The translations under genes and the position numbers were made by a program. From Octopus sinensis (lineage: Eukaryota), in NCBI RefSeq assembly GCF_006345805.1, contig NC_043007.1:8432001-8496000 (forward strand): a stretch of DNA of 64,000 nt, written 5' to 3'. The notes beneath the pieces are model-generated. The model ran no database searches and was not told where the DNA came from. It was given only the letters and a program-made list of their open reading frames with translations. Below are positions 13,040 to 26,031 of the stretch, piece after piece (the stretch's first letter is position 1; the number at the start of each line of letters is the position of its first letter).

Positions 13040-13950
13040 TCTCTTTATCACAAGTTTTGTTGGAGTTCCTGGAGTCTTGCATGCATAGCATGCTTACTAC
13101 CTGCAGCCTATGGCACCATGCTATCTGTTCTTTTTAACTATCTAATACTTTGCTGATTATTCTGGCCATGCCAAGGAGGCAAACCTTTTTCTAACAGTTC
13201 TACTGGGCACTCTATTCCAATTTCCTTGATATTCCTCTTGATGCCTCCTGATACTTTTCTCAAGGACTCGGCAATAATTGGTACTATCTTCACATTCTTC
13301 GTTTTCCATAGCCAGACTATTTCATACTTAAGAGGATTATATCTACGTACCTTTTCACCTTCTTTCTTGACTATCAACTATATAGCACATGTGGTGCACC
13401 TCATCCGTCACCACTCAGTCTGGTCTGTTATGCCGTAGCACCTGATCTGTTTGCATTGGGAAATCCCAAAGGATTTTACTAGTCACTGACTCAATCACTC
13501 TCTGCAGTTTGTCCTCATACCACACCTTACCTCACTCTAGCCCCCACTTTTTGCACAATTTCCAATCTAGCACTTTTGCTACTTGATTGTGTCACCACAA
13601 CTTATAATAGTGGTTTTGGGCAAGACTAGGGCATTCGTTTGTGATATGGGCAATGGTTTCATGCACCCTATTGCAGATGTAGCACAGTAGAGACACTTGC
13701 TCATTTCAAAGGTTGAACCTCCAATTCGTGGCCAAAGTTTGGTCTTGCGCTGCCAGTATTGTGCTCTTGGTCTCTTTTTTTAGTGTTCCTTTCTTCAGCC
13801 AACCCCTTCTATGTTTTCCAGCAACTTCTGTGGTGGCTGCATGGAATTGTTTGTGTAGACCCTTTTTTGTGTGTAATTGTCCTTCATGTCTTTTTTGTAC
13901 TGCTTCCTTTGTTTTTCTTTTTCTCTCTGCTTAAAGCAGTGCAGGAGCAA
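13040..13950 (-). mobile_element. Decayed 3' part of an RLE-type (R4/Dong-like) non-LTR retrotransposon with (TAA)n tail, in VTI1B intron 1
   Basis: - strand translates, with stops and frameshifts, to GWLKKGTLKKETKSTILAAQDQ...ETIAHITNECP...QVAKVLDWKLCKK...KYEIVWLWKTKNVKIVPII...IGIECPVELLEK. Ends at (ATT)n 13012-13039. Confidence 0.8.
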
Positions 13951-14699
13951 AAGTAATCTAAATCCAAATCAAATGAATTCCAGTCCTGCTTTTTGGGGTT
14001 TTTTTTTTACATTCTGGTGGTATTACATTGTTGGCAGAATTGTAGATCATCAGACAAAATCCCTTGTGATGTCTTTTTTAGTAATGGCTGAGTCTGAAGA
14101 GGAAAGGCTTTGCTCTTGACCCTTTTCAGTGTCTTTCAGAAGGAAAGGAGAAAGCTATCCTCAGATCAGGGACCAAGTTCAAGTAAACTTCACTAAAGTG
14201 ACCCATGGTCTGAGGGTGGTGTTGAACTGAGTGTTCTTCTGAATTCTAATCTTGCCAAGGTCAACTTTACTTTTCATGTGTTTGGAGTTGATATAATTCC
14301 ATCTGAGATGCGAATGGAATTGAAGAAGAAGATAATGAGTTCAATTCTTGCTAAAGTTGAATTCTACAAACATTTTGTACCTCATTATCATCATTTTTGA
14401 TGTCCATCTTCCATGCTGGCATGGATTAGATTGAAATCATCAAGGACGATGGTCAGATGGTTCCTTGGCAAAGATAAAAGAGGTATTTGTCTACTTACAA
14501 AACTAAACCTACCTACCTACCTACTTTACATCCCTCTGTGGTCAGTATAGTATCAATCATCCCTCAAGAGTCCATAGATAAGCGAGTAAAATTACTAATA
14601 GAGAAACGAAAATAAAACTTTGGAAACAGCAACACCACCATAGGTTACGTGGAAATGATGAATGTGTTTTAAAGGGAGACAATCAAAGAATGTAACAAT

Positions 14700-14905
14700 A
14701 CTTCATGTAAAGTAAATATAACAAATGAAAAATCCTTCAAGAATCCATAAAAATTCCCGGATCACTACCAAAGTTTCATCATCTGTTCCTTGTGTCATTA
14801 TCAACTTTTCCTGCAAATACCGTTCACAACTTTTTGAATTATTTTGCACACAGACGGACAAGCCAGTGCCAATGAAAACATAACCTCCTTCCTTGGCGGA
14901 GGTAA
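14700..14905 (+). mobile_element. Non-autonomous element with terminal hairpin (Helentron/HINE-like, tentative)
   Basis: Ends in GAAAACATAACCTCCTTCCTTGGCGGAGGTAA (ACCTCC/GGAGGT stem, 14883-14903), a terminus I recall from widespread animal non-autonomous elements. Class assignment uncertain. Confidence 0.35.
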
Positions 14906-15369
14906 TAGTAATGATGAGATTATTGTATTCAGTGCACAGAATAAAGCACAAAAAGATGATAAATTGAAAAGCAAAAGAGCCCCAAATGGGAAAGAATATG
15001 CAGGTATGTCAGGAGTAGTGTTGGCAAATTTTGGGAAGCATGAGAGGTTTGAAGGATGTTGTGTCCTAATAACAATCAACTGATACACGTAGTTTGACAA
15101 TTCTGACCATGAAAAATGTTTCTGAAAGTCATGGATGCTGCAATGGGTTTGTTTTTGTTTTTGATTTTATAAGCTTGTCTGTGGGTGTAGATATATTGAA
15201 TTTGTGCAAGAGAGATGACTGCGCTGGTATGGGTATGTGTTGCATATGGATGGAGGACAGCTGTGTAAAGAAGTGTCACACCCTAACAGTGGAAGACATG
15301 GGATGAGGTGGTGGAGCACAACTTTTGAACATTGGGCCTCACAAAGGCAATGACAAGCAGCTGAGACCT

Positions 15370-15825
15370 TTGGAGATATGCTGTGACTGAGAAGACCCAA
15401 CGCTAAGCCAAGTGAGATTGCAGCCAGGGCTGATGTCAGTGTTGCATAACTGGCCCGTTTAAGAGTAACCTTCAATCGTTGGGCAATATGCTGTGCTTGA
15501 GAAGACCTGTTGAGCTGAGTGAAATCGTAGTTGTGGCTGATGCCAGTGTCGCTTGACTGGCACCCATGCCAGTGGCACCCATGCCAGTGGCACATAAAAA
15601 GCACCATTCAAGTGTGGTCGATGCCAGTGCCGCCTCACTGGCCTCCATGCTGGTGGTATGTAAAAAGTATTGACTACACTCTGAGAGTGGTTGGTGTTAG
15701 GAAGAGCATCCAGTTGTAAAAACATTGTCAGAACAGATTGGAACCTGGTGCAGCCATCTTGCTTGCCAGTCTTCAGTCAAACCGTCCAACCCATGCCAGC
15801 ATGGAAAGTGGATTTTAATTAATGA
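15370..15825 (+). mobile_element. Interspersed repeat with internal ~65-bp subunits and (GAT)n-type 3' end
   Basis: Contains AAAAAGCACCATTC subunits, then GTTAGGAAGAGCATCCAG and CCAACCCATGCCAGCATGGAAAG. The same family recurs at 17992-18195 (-), 23680-23920 (-), 33625-33998, 34740-34990, 36150-36380 and 38405-38966. Confidence 0.75.
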
Positions 15826-16182
15826 TCATGTATTACCTAAAAGCTCCAAAACTTATGTTGTAATATGATGAATGTCTTTTAATGCTGTCTTTGATTCACA
15901 TTTCACTAAGAATGATGCAAGTAAAAAAAGCAAAAAACAACAAACAACCAAAAGCCTCTGCATTAATTATCCTTGATCCCTCTTTTAACTCATACTTGTA
16001 GATCCTGCTTCATGTGGAGTCCTTGACTCTATCACCTCACACTCTAAAAAGTAATAATAATAATAATAATAAAGATCTGTTTTCATTCAACCGTTTCCTA
16101 ATGTCCAACCTCTGCTGCTGACTCAGCCATTTATATATTCCATGTTTTTTAACTAAACATTTGTTTTAATTTTTATTTGCAG

Positions 16183-16241
16183 AGGAGAAGAAAAATGCCA
16201 AGAGACAAGTTGAAAAGAAATTGGAGGAAGCCTCCCTTTTG
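16183..16241 (+). CDS. VTI1B: VTI1B exon 2 (EEKKNAKRQVEKKLEEASLL)
   Basis: Acceptor TTTTATTTGCAG, 59 nt, donor GTACGA. Restores frame after exon 1; Habc helix. Confidence 0.9.
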
Positions 16242-16351
16242 GTACGATTAACGACTCTTCTGAGTTTTGATATTTCTCATGGTTTCCAGCTTGCAGATGT
16301 CATGGCCCAGTACCTTCCTCATAATTAAAGCTATATAAAAATTTATATGTG

Positions 16352-16841
16352 CAGGGTGCAGACAGGATTTGAAGACAGATGAATGGTTTTTAAAAAAGCG
16401 CTTGTATAATAACAGAAAAAAAACTGTATTTTTATAAAAATGGCATAAACAAAAAGCTAAATTATCAATTTAATGATTTTATCCAATAAAACCACCATAA
16501 ACATCAATAACTGCCTCTACCTGGGGTGGAAATCGTTTACAAGCTTGGATTAAGTGGGCCTTGTTCATATCAGACATGACTTGGACTATGATGGTTTTTC
16601 AAAGAATCTTTGGTGCTATGGAGGTGTTCATTGACATTTTTGCTCAACGATGCTCCATATATAGTAGTCCAGTGAATTGAGATCTGGAGAATTTGGGAGG
16701 CCAAATGTTGGGGGGGGGGGTGATCATGAAAATTGTCGGCCATCCATTCTTGTTATTTTCTGAAATAGAAGTTCAATAAAAATTAGTCAAATAAAATAAC
16801 GACTAAAAATGCATGTGTCCTCAAACACCTTCTGGACCCTG
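16352..16841 (-). mobile_element. Internally deleted Tc1/mariner (maT/DD37D-like) element, VTI1B intron 2
   Basis: About 33-bp imperfect TIRs (CAGGGTGCAGACAGGATTTGAAGACA vs reverse complement CAGGGTCCAGAAGGTGTTTGAGGACA), TA on the right flank and TG on the left. - strand remnant EWMADNFHDH..NIWPP.SPDLNSLDYYIWSIVE...ACKRF..VEAVI...GGFI is a transposase C-terminus. Confidence 0.8.
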
Positions 16842-17382
16842 TACATATGGTTTTGGGTTCAGTCCCATTGGGCAAGTGGCTTCTACTATAGTCCTGAGGC
16901 AGACCAAAGCTGTCTTTGTTTAACACCACCATGTGACCTCTCAGTGCCATTTATGAAGTCCATTCTATTGCAAGCATTCAGCACGGGTCTCTCTCTCTCT
17001 CGAAGACCCTATTGACATGTGACTTCCTATTCATGCAACCTGTAAGTTTCTTCCTCCCTCTCTCTTCCCATTTTTCTCTACCACTCACAGAACCCTTACA
17101 AAAAGGTCAAAGAGGCTGCTTTTCTTCCTCTTACAGAACCCAAAGAAAAAAACCTATATCTGCTTCTTTATTCCTTATTGTTCTTGTCCTATCCTTTTGC
17201 GTGTCCCCTATTCTACCATCCACCACTCCTCCTGTAATCACCTGTCCCTTACTCGGATGCTCCCTCAACTCTCTCACCACACATATCAGCAGCTTTGTGT
17301 TTTTAAAGCCCTTCTCTTCCATGTTGATTTTTGACTTTGAAATAGAAAAAAAAATTTATTTATTTATTTATTTTGACTTTAG

Positions 17383-17493
17383 ATGCAAGAAATGGAACAA
17401 GAAAGCAAATCAGCGCCACAAAGTTACCGAATACAGATGATGAATCAGTTGAGGAATTACCGAAGAGAAATTGAAAATCTTAGTAGAAATTTT
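17383..17493 (+). CDS. VTI1B: VTI1B exon 3 (MQEMEQESKSAPQSYRIQMMNQLRNYRREIENLSRNF)
   Basis: Acceptor TTTTGACTTTAG, 111 nt, donor GTACGT. Matches the EME.E...AP..FR..MM..LRNYR motif of Vti1 proteins. Confidence 0.92.
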
Positions 17494-18192
17494 GTACGTC
17501 TCAAATTTTGTTGCTTAGACACACATTCCTTTATCTGTTTAGTTATAGCTTAGCATTTTTCTGACGATATTATCCTCATCAAAGTTATTGTTTCCTGTCA
17601 ACAATGTGTGTGTCTTCAGGAGATGGTGGCATTTTGTATTCTTACAAAAATCATAAGATTCCAACAGAGAGTATTCATGGTGTTTGTTTAAAATCACAAA
17701 CGCTGACGCAAATAATATCAAGTTTAGAGGAATAATTTAAATTGATTCGCAGAATCTAAGGTGCAGGTGTGGTTGTGTGGTTAATAAGATTGCTTCCCAA
17801 CTCATGGTTTCAGATTCAGTTCCACTGTGTGGCACCAAAGCATTGTGAATGGATTTAGTAGATGGAAACTAAGAAAAGCCCATTGTGCATGTGTGTGTCA
17901 TCATCATCGTGTGTATATATATATATATATATTATATTAAATTAGAGACAAAACCACTATTAGGCAAATCAAACAATATATATATATATATCATCATCAT
18001 CGTTTAACGTCCGCTTTCCATGCTAGCATGGGTTGGACGAGTGACTGAGGGCTGGTGAACCAGATGGCTGCACCAGGCTCCAATCTTGATCTGGCAGAGT
18101 TTCTACAGCTGGATGCCCTTCCTAACGCCAACCACTCCAAGAGTAGTGGGTGCTTTTACGTGCCACCGGCACAGGGCCAGTCAGGCGGTATT

Positions 18193-18264
<72 letters not shown>

Positions 18265-19249
18265 CATACATACACACACACGTACACATTCATACACACA
18301 CACACACACACACCTGGACCAGGTTCTGATCTGATTTGACTATGTTTCTATGGCTGGACGCCCTTTCTAATGGTATCCAGTCTGCGAGTGTAATGGGTGA
18401 TTTTTATGTGCCACCAGCACGGGTGCCATTGACCTGATGCTGGCATCAGCCACAACTTCAAAATATTCATTTCCAATCTCCTGCAGAATCTGCCCGCCCA
18501 AGGAAGGGAAATATTACGTTGCTTGAAAACAGGTAAGGGTTGATGGCAGGAAGGGCATCCGGCTGTAGAAAATGCTCTTCAATAAACTCCAGCCAACCCA
18601 TTCAGGTGTGGAAAAGGGGACATTAATATGATGATTGCAATGCTGACAAATATTTTTCATGTCTACACTCAATGATAGCTGTCAGCATGAACCATATGAA
18701 CTCAGAAAGGTAGTACTTGGCTGCTGGGTTAGCAGAATTGCATGGATGGGAGATGAGCCTTGCTTCTAGACTGAATGGGGTAGTCTGTTGGTATCCTTCT
18801 TTGAGAGTCTGTTACCTGCCCCTGAGAGCTAATTATAATGAAACTGGGATGAGTGTTCAGCTGTCCATTTGCACGGGAAGACAGATGCAAAATGAAAGAA
18901 GGAGAAAAAAATGTGTGTGTGAGATTCTTTGACAACTGTCATAGAGACCTTAAACCCTTCAGTTCATTGTCTGTTGTCTTGCCAACACAACCGCCTGCAG
19001 CTGTCTCTGAAGTGATGAGTTACATTCGAAAGCCAAATCATAAGTTACCATTGAGTGTCCAGTTTCATTTCCCACTCTGCCAACCAAACAACCTCTTCAC
19101 AGTGGGACTCCAAGAAATGGCAACCTCTGATCTTTGTATCTTCTTCAAAGTTTTTCCTATTTTTAAAATTCATTGTTTATTTCCCTTTTTTTTTTCTTAA
19201 TAACAATTTAATTAATTAGTTTATAAATTCAGATTTTTCTTTGTTTCAG

Positions 19250-19303
19250 AAAATGATTTCAGAAAATAATACTTTTGATTCTGGAACCAATGATTGGGAA
19301 AGT
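19250..19303 (+). CDS. VTI1B: VTI1B exon 4, linker (KMISENNTFDSGTNDWES)
   Basis: Acceptor TTTCTTTGTTTCAG, 54 nt in phase 0-0, donor GTATGT. Poorly conserved sequence, supported mainly by splice signals and the expected linker length. Confidence 0.7.
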
Positions 19304-19307
19304 GTAT

Positions 19308-19342
<35 letters not shown>

Positions 19343-20875
19343 GCCTTAGCACAGCTTCTGACGCTGGAGATCTACTACAGTGTCAGCTGTTCACTACCAG
19401 TGATCTAAGTTAACACCTCTTATTTTTTGAGCACCTTCCGGAGTATTTGACCGGTTCCAAACAGTGTTGTTTTCTGCAAGTGCTCCACCCTTATTGCAGC
19501 CCCTATTTGTTCCATGTACTTCTCGAGATTTTTGCTCACTGTTCCCAGGGCTCCGACAATTATTATTATCATCATCATCATTATTATTATTATTATTATT
19601 AATAATCTTGCTAAGGCAGTGAATTGCTGGCTGAATTGTTTTTGTGTCTGAGAAAATGCTTAGCAGCATTTTGTCTGTTTTTACATTCTGAGTTCAAATT
19701 CTGCTGGGGTCAACTTTACCTTTCATCCTTTTGGGGGTCAATAGATTAAGTACCAGTTGAGTACTGGGGTCAGTATAATCAAATAACCCTTCTCCCCCAA
19801 AACTTCAGGCTTTGTGCCTCTTGTGGAAAGGATTATTATTACCCTTCTTAATCTTGGGCAGCTTGCTGGCAGAATTGTTATTGTGTCAGAGAAAATGGTT
19901 AGCGGCATTTCTTGTAGCCCTTTACGTTCTGACTCTAAATGCCACTGAAGTCAATTTTGCTTTTCATCATTTCAGGGTCGATAAAATGAGTAGCATTCGA
20001 GCACTGGGGGTTGATGTAATCAGCTTACCTCTCCCCTTAAAATCTCCCTGAAATCACACTGGTACCTTGAATATGAAATGAGGCAACTGACCGATACGGC
20101 TGTGGGGCTGAGAAGTTCTCTTCACAACCATGTGGTTCTGATTTTGGTTCCCCTGTATGGCCCCATGGGCATTTGTCTTCTGCCATGACCTCAGGTTGAC
20201 CGATGTCATGGCTTACTTTTCTGTCGGCTCTGCTGACAAGTGTTTCAGTTAATCTGATCAATAGAGCAAGTTGCTCGGGATAAGTGGCTGAGTTCTCCAC
20301 AGCAGATATGCGTACCCTTAACGTAATTCTCAGGGAGATTCATCAAATGTGATGAAGCTGGCCCCATTGAATTACAGGTACTAATCATTTTTGCCAGCTG
20401 AGTGGACTGAAGCAATGTGAGATAAAGTGTCTTGCTCAAGGACACGGTGCACCACTGGGATTTGAACTTGTGACCTTACAGTCGTGAGCCACTAAGCCAT
20501 GTTCTAATATAGCATAGATCAGAATTCTTTAGATAAACTGTGAACAGATCAAGGTTGCTCACCTCTTCACTTTGATCAGTGCTTTTAAGCTGGGAATTTT
20601 GCAGAACAGTTTTCTATTGGCACCGTTCAATGTGGATCGCTTCCCTTGGTGCCAACTCACAAATTCACAGAAGAGGAGCATAATTGATTGTATCAACCCG
20701 AATGTATTGGAGGGGGATTTCTTATTTATAACATTCTAATCCTGAAATATGAGCTGAAGATTTGACTCAAGCAGCACTTTGCACTCCCAAGCTAAACTGT
20801 TTAACCTGTCATTCAAATTTTCCTGCAATTTTATAAATTTTTTCTTTTTTTTTTTGTCTTTTTTTTACCATGCAG

Positions 20876-21049
20876 AAAATCGAAGGTTCAAACCGGCAAA
20901 AATTATTTTCTGGCATCCAGTCTTTACAAAGGACTTCTGAAAGTATTGCTCGGTCGCATCAAGTTGCAGCTGAGACTGATGAAATTGGTACAGGAATTAT
21001 TGAAGACATGAGCCGACAAAGAGAAGTTTTGGAAAGAACCAAAAACAGA
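20876..21049 (+). CDS. VTI1B: VTI1B exon 5, SNARE motif (KIEGSNRQKLFSGIQSLQRTSESIARSHQVAAETDEIGTGIIEDMSRQREVLERTKNR)
   Basis: Long polypyrimidine tract then CAG, 174 nt, donor GTGAGT. Qb-SNARE motif with the zero-layer Q in SRQRE. Confidence 0.96.
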
Positions 21050-21058
21050 GTGAGTTCA

Positions 21059-21104
<46 letters not shown>

Positions 21105-21493
21105 AGAATGTTTTACTGTGGCCTGCTTGGTTGGCAGACTCTCTGAGTTCTGAGCTCGAATCCTACTATGGTTAGCTTTACTTTTTCTACATCTGGGGTC
21201 AATATATAAAGTACAGTTTGAGAATGTGGCACCAATGGAATCATTAGATGGGTTTCTTTATGATATTTCTTCCAGTTCCTTACATTCCGAGTTCAAATCT
21301 TGCTGTGACTTATGTAGGCGGTAGGTTTGAATTTGTTACCATGAGTACCAGGATGTTGAGTGCCTTTAGCAGGGGATTTTCTCTGATGCAGGAAAGATGG
21401 GCCAAGTATTCAGGCCTCTCTCCCACCTAAAACAGGTCACAGCCATTGCCCTTTCCTTCTGACTAAGCAGTATTAAAAAAAAAAACAAGATCT

Positions 21494-21867
21494 TTATTCT
21501 TTTATTTGTTTCAGTCATTTGACTGCGGCCATGCTGGAGCACTGCCTTTAGTCGAACAAATCGACCCCAGGACTTATTCTTTGTAAGCCTAGTACTTATT
21601 CTATTGGTCTCTTTTGCCGAACCACTAAGTTATGGGGACGTGAACACACCAACATCAGTTGTTAAGCGATGGTTGGGGGACAAACACACACACATACACA
21701 CACACACACACATATATATACGATGGGCTTCTTTCAGTTTCTGTCTACCAAATCCACTCATAAGGCTTTGGTTGGCCCGAGGCTATAGTAGAAGACACTT
21801 GCCCAAGGTGCCACACAGTGGGACTGGACCCAGAACCATGTGGTTCGTAAGCAACCTATTTACCACA
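21494..21867 (-). mobile_element. Near full-length OK-like tRNA SINE
   Basis: Head, body, internal (TG)n and tail GACTGAAACAAATAAAAGAATAA all present on the - strand. Confidence 0.85.
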
Positions 21868-22476
21868 ATTTTTAAAAATATTTTTATTTATCCGTTTGTT
21901 TTGGTTAAGAATTTTGCTTCCCTACCCCATGGTTTTGGTTTCAGTTCTTATCCCTTACTGTTTTGGATGAGTGTCTTCTGTGATAACTTTGGGTCAACTA
22001 AGGTCTTGTATGCAAATTTGGTCCCCTTTTCCATGCTTGCAAGGGTCAAATGGAATTTGTTAGGGCAGATTTTTCATGTCCAGTTGTTCTTTCTGCGCCC
22101 AGACGTGTTTCCACAGAAGATTAGAAATGACTGACACCACTTGTAGGACGGTGGCACTTGTTTACAACTGTCTCACAATGTCAAGACAAAGAAACACCAA
22201 CACACACACAACTGGCTTCTTTCAGTTTCCATCTACCAAATCCTTTTGCAAGGCTGGTGCTATAGAAGACACTTGCCCAAGGTGTCACTCAATGGGTCTG
22301 GATCTGAAACTCTGTGGCTATAAGGCAAAGAAGCAGACTTTACATCCATGGGGTGTCAGGTTCAATCTCACTGCGTGACACCTTTAGTAAGTCTGTTCTC
22401 CTGTAGCTTTCATTTGATCAATGCTTAATGAATGAGACTTGGTTGAGGGAAACTGCTTCGAAGCCCACTGCATGTA

Positions 22477-22514
<38 letters not shown>

Positions 22515-23366
22515 AGTATGTGCACATGTGTGTTTGTCTCCGCATTGACATTGCTTTATCACTGTATGTCACTGAGTGGTTCAACAGGAATTCCAGAACC
22601 ATTTTATTTGCAAACAAGTGAGGCTTAGCATGAGGAGGAGCAACTGGGCATAGGATAGAGACCCCCTCAAGTCTCATCCGACTCATTCCAGCTTTGAAAA
22701 ACGATGTAAAGATGCTGGGGCAATGGTGTTGGTAGTATTATAAAGCATTTGATCCTGCAGTCTGTGGATCTGGCCTTTCCACCGACAACTGAAGTGCAGC
22801 ATGCGTGGTCCTTTTCAGGGCTTCCTAGAAAGGTAGGAGGAAGTTATCCTCAGACTGGGGACCTTGAGCAAAATTCTTGGAATAAAATAGACTCAGGCAG
22901 TGGCGTTGAACAAGGGGACAGATTATGTCTACCCTTCTCGAATAGAAATGGCCTTGTTGATGGGCTTCCACACAGTTTCCATCTATGACATTTCACTGGC
23001 AAACGTATGATAGAAGACACTTACCCAGGTTGATGTTATAAAGTGGGATTGAACCTGCAACTACAAAGTTGTGAAGAGAACTGCTTAACCACTCAGCCAT
23101 GCCCTCTGCTAGATGTAAACAATTGCATTTTGAGTGGGGAAACTGGTAGAATCCTTAGAGTGCATTTCACAGAATGTATAATGGTGTTTCTTGCAGCTCT
23201 CTAGGTTTTAAGTTCAAATGCTACTGAGGTTGATGTTGCCTATCATCCTTAAGGGGTCAATGGAATAAGTACCAGTTACATACAAGGGGTCAATGGGATT
23301 GACTAGTCTCCTCCTACCAAAATTTCAGGCCTTGTGCCTTTAGTAGAAAAGATTATTATTGTTGTG

Positions 23367-23413
<47 letters not shown>

Positions 23414-24011
23414 GTTATTATTATTATTGTTGTTGTTGTTGTTATCATTATTATTATTATTAAATAATAACATTTATTCCAAATGTTGAAATAAATGTTT
23501 TGTGGTATTTCTTCTGGCTCTTGACATTCTGAGTTCAAATCCCACCAAAGTCAAGTTTTTCCTTTCACCCTTTCAAGGTTGATATTATCCATGGTATCCA
23601 TAGTGATGTACTGGCGTCAGGGATGCTGACTAACCTATCTCTGCCAAATTGTTGGCCTTGGGCCTATAGAAGAAACTCATCATCACCATCATCATTGTCG
23701 TTTAACGTCCGCTTTCCATGCTGGCATGGGTTGGACGGTTTGACTGAGGAGTGACAAACCAGAAGGCTGCACCAGGCTCCAAACTGATCAGACAAAATTT
23801 CTACAGCTGGATTCCCTTCCTAACACCAACCACTCTGAGAGTGTATTGGGTGCTTTTCATGTGTGATCAGCACAGGAGCCAGTCAAGTGGCACTGGCAAC
23901 GACAAACGCTCGAATGGTGCCAAAACCTCCTCCTGTAGCCCCAAGTTGTTCTTGTTGAATTTGTTTCTGTAGAATTAAAATTGGTTCCTTTGCCTTTTCC
24001 TTGTCTTTCAG

Positions 24012-24073
24012 CTTGACGAAACCGATGCTAACCTTAGTAAAAGTCGGCGAATAATAAAAAATATTGTAAGACG
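24012..24073 (+). CDS. VTI1B: VTI1B exon 6 (LDETDANLSKSRRIIKNIVRR)
   Basis: Acceptor TTGTCTTTCAG, 62 nt, phase-2 donor GTAAGT. Matches the NLSKSR motif. Confidence 0.94.
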
Positions 24074-24740
24074 GTAAGTGATGTTTCCGTATAGAAAACT
24101 TTGCCAAGTGGTTGAGAAGTTGGCTTGTTAAGCACAGGGTTCTAGGTTCAGTCCTGCTGCCTGGTATCTTAGGTATGTGACCTTTGTTATAGCCTCAGAC
24201 TGATTGATGCTCTATTATAAAGCTTATCTTCCACTTGGATTTTGAGGTCTTGTGAGCTGCATGGCAACCTCACTTGAGCCAGTGGCATAGAAAAGCACCC
24301 AGTACATGCTGTAATGTAGTTTGTGTTAGGCAGGGCATCAAGCCCTAAAATCCATGCCAAAGCACAATGCAGTCCTTGTCCCCCCCCCATCATCATCATC
24401 ATCCCTTAATTGATGCAACCACTCTAGATGCTTTCATAGTCAGCCATTGCCACTAGCCTCTTGACTGTGGTCATGCTGGAGCACTGCCTTTAGTTGAACA
24501 AATCAACCCCAGAACTTATTCTTTGTAAACCTAGTGCATATTCTATTGGTCTCTTTTGCTGAACTGCTAAGTTATTAGGATGTAAACATACCAACATTGG
24601 CTGTCAAGCGATGGTGGGAGGACAGACATAAATACATACATACTGACACTTGCCCAAGGTGCTACACAGTGGGATGGAACCTGGAACCCTGTGGTTGGGA
24701 AACAATCTTTTTACCACAGCCAAACCTGCACCTATATATA

Positions 24741-26031
24741 CCAGAAAAACCCATGTAATTTAAGCAATTTGTTTTCGCAAAAATAAAAGTAAACTTGAAG
24801 ATGTGCGTAAATTACACGAGTCAATCGTTTCCAGAATGTTTTGAAATTTCTTTTCGTTGGAAAAAGACGTAGAAAACATAAACATTCAATCCTGGAAGTT
24901 GACTCATTTAATGTCAGAAAAGGTTTTTACAGAACCAAATAATGGCTTCAATATAATGAAGTTGACTTTTATTTATTCTGAATGATATCATGCTTTATTT
25001 TTCTGTATAAATTCACTAAAATCATTAAATGGTTAACTACTATTTGAAGATCTGATGTTCATACTGGTAAACATGGTCTGGGTCATATTTTACACTGCTT
25101 GGAGTTTCTTCCTATCACAATGGAGCACCGTGGACATACATAGTGATCTGGATATTCCTGACTGCAAAAAATGTAATGATATGGATAATCTGGGTTGTAT
25201 ATTGTTATTTTTGTCTATTTATTACTAGGCACAGTTTTAAGTTTGTCCTACTGTTTATGCCAATTTAGAACATTAGCTTCATTAACATTAAAATACCTTC
25301 TGGCAACTCTATTGCCACATTCAAATACATATTCAACATATTCAATTTCTCCTTTGCAGTAAACGATTCATAAGTTCTGCCCATCCTGACAATAACGCTA
25401 GTGACAAATTTTAAAATTTGCTTGACATTTTATAAGTGTGAAAGGGATTAAAATGTTGATAGTTCATATCAAAGGTTCCAACAAGAAAAGGCAGAAAAGA
25501 ATTCTGTTTACACAATCAGTTTGATCAGTCACCTTCCTCTGTCGGTTTGAGTAAAGTGTCATTCAAACTGATGTTTATTGGTAATTAAACTTAATTTGCA
25601 ACACCTGTGTGTATTTATCAGCTTTGTTTTTGTTGGTAATCCTTATCAACAACTTTTCTTGTGATTGTGATTTGAGAAGACATACAGCAGTAAGCTAAAG
25701 ATCGGACATAATCTCTTGTGGGCAAGAAATGTAAAATAAAGTTTATTATAAACAACACAAACACTTTGTAATTTAAAAGCTTTCAATGTGATACCTGTTA
25801 AGCAGAAATTATTTTTATTTAATGAAAATTTAATAAAATTTAATCATAAGTAAGTGAAATTATGCTAAATACAACTAAATTGGAAACCTTTTTCCTCTGG
25901 TTATATCAGCAATTCTAAAAACTTTTTGGTGTAAATTTTACATAAGTAGAAGCCTTTTTTTTAAACGAATTTTATCCTGAAAATCACCTGTGTAAATTAC
26001 ACAGGTGTGCAAATTACATAGGTTTTTATGG
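24741..26031 (-). mobile_element. pogo/Tc2-type DNA transposon deletion derivative (1291 bp), VTI1B intron 6
   Basis: TIRs CCAGAAAAACCCATGTAATTT / reverse complement CCATAAAAACCTATGTAATTT with TA on both flanks. - strand about 25380-25220 encodes a decayed Brinker-type HTH (SFTAKEKL...ECGNRVARRYFNVNEANVLNWHKQ). Confidence 0.75.
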
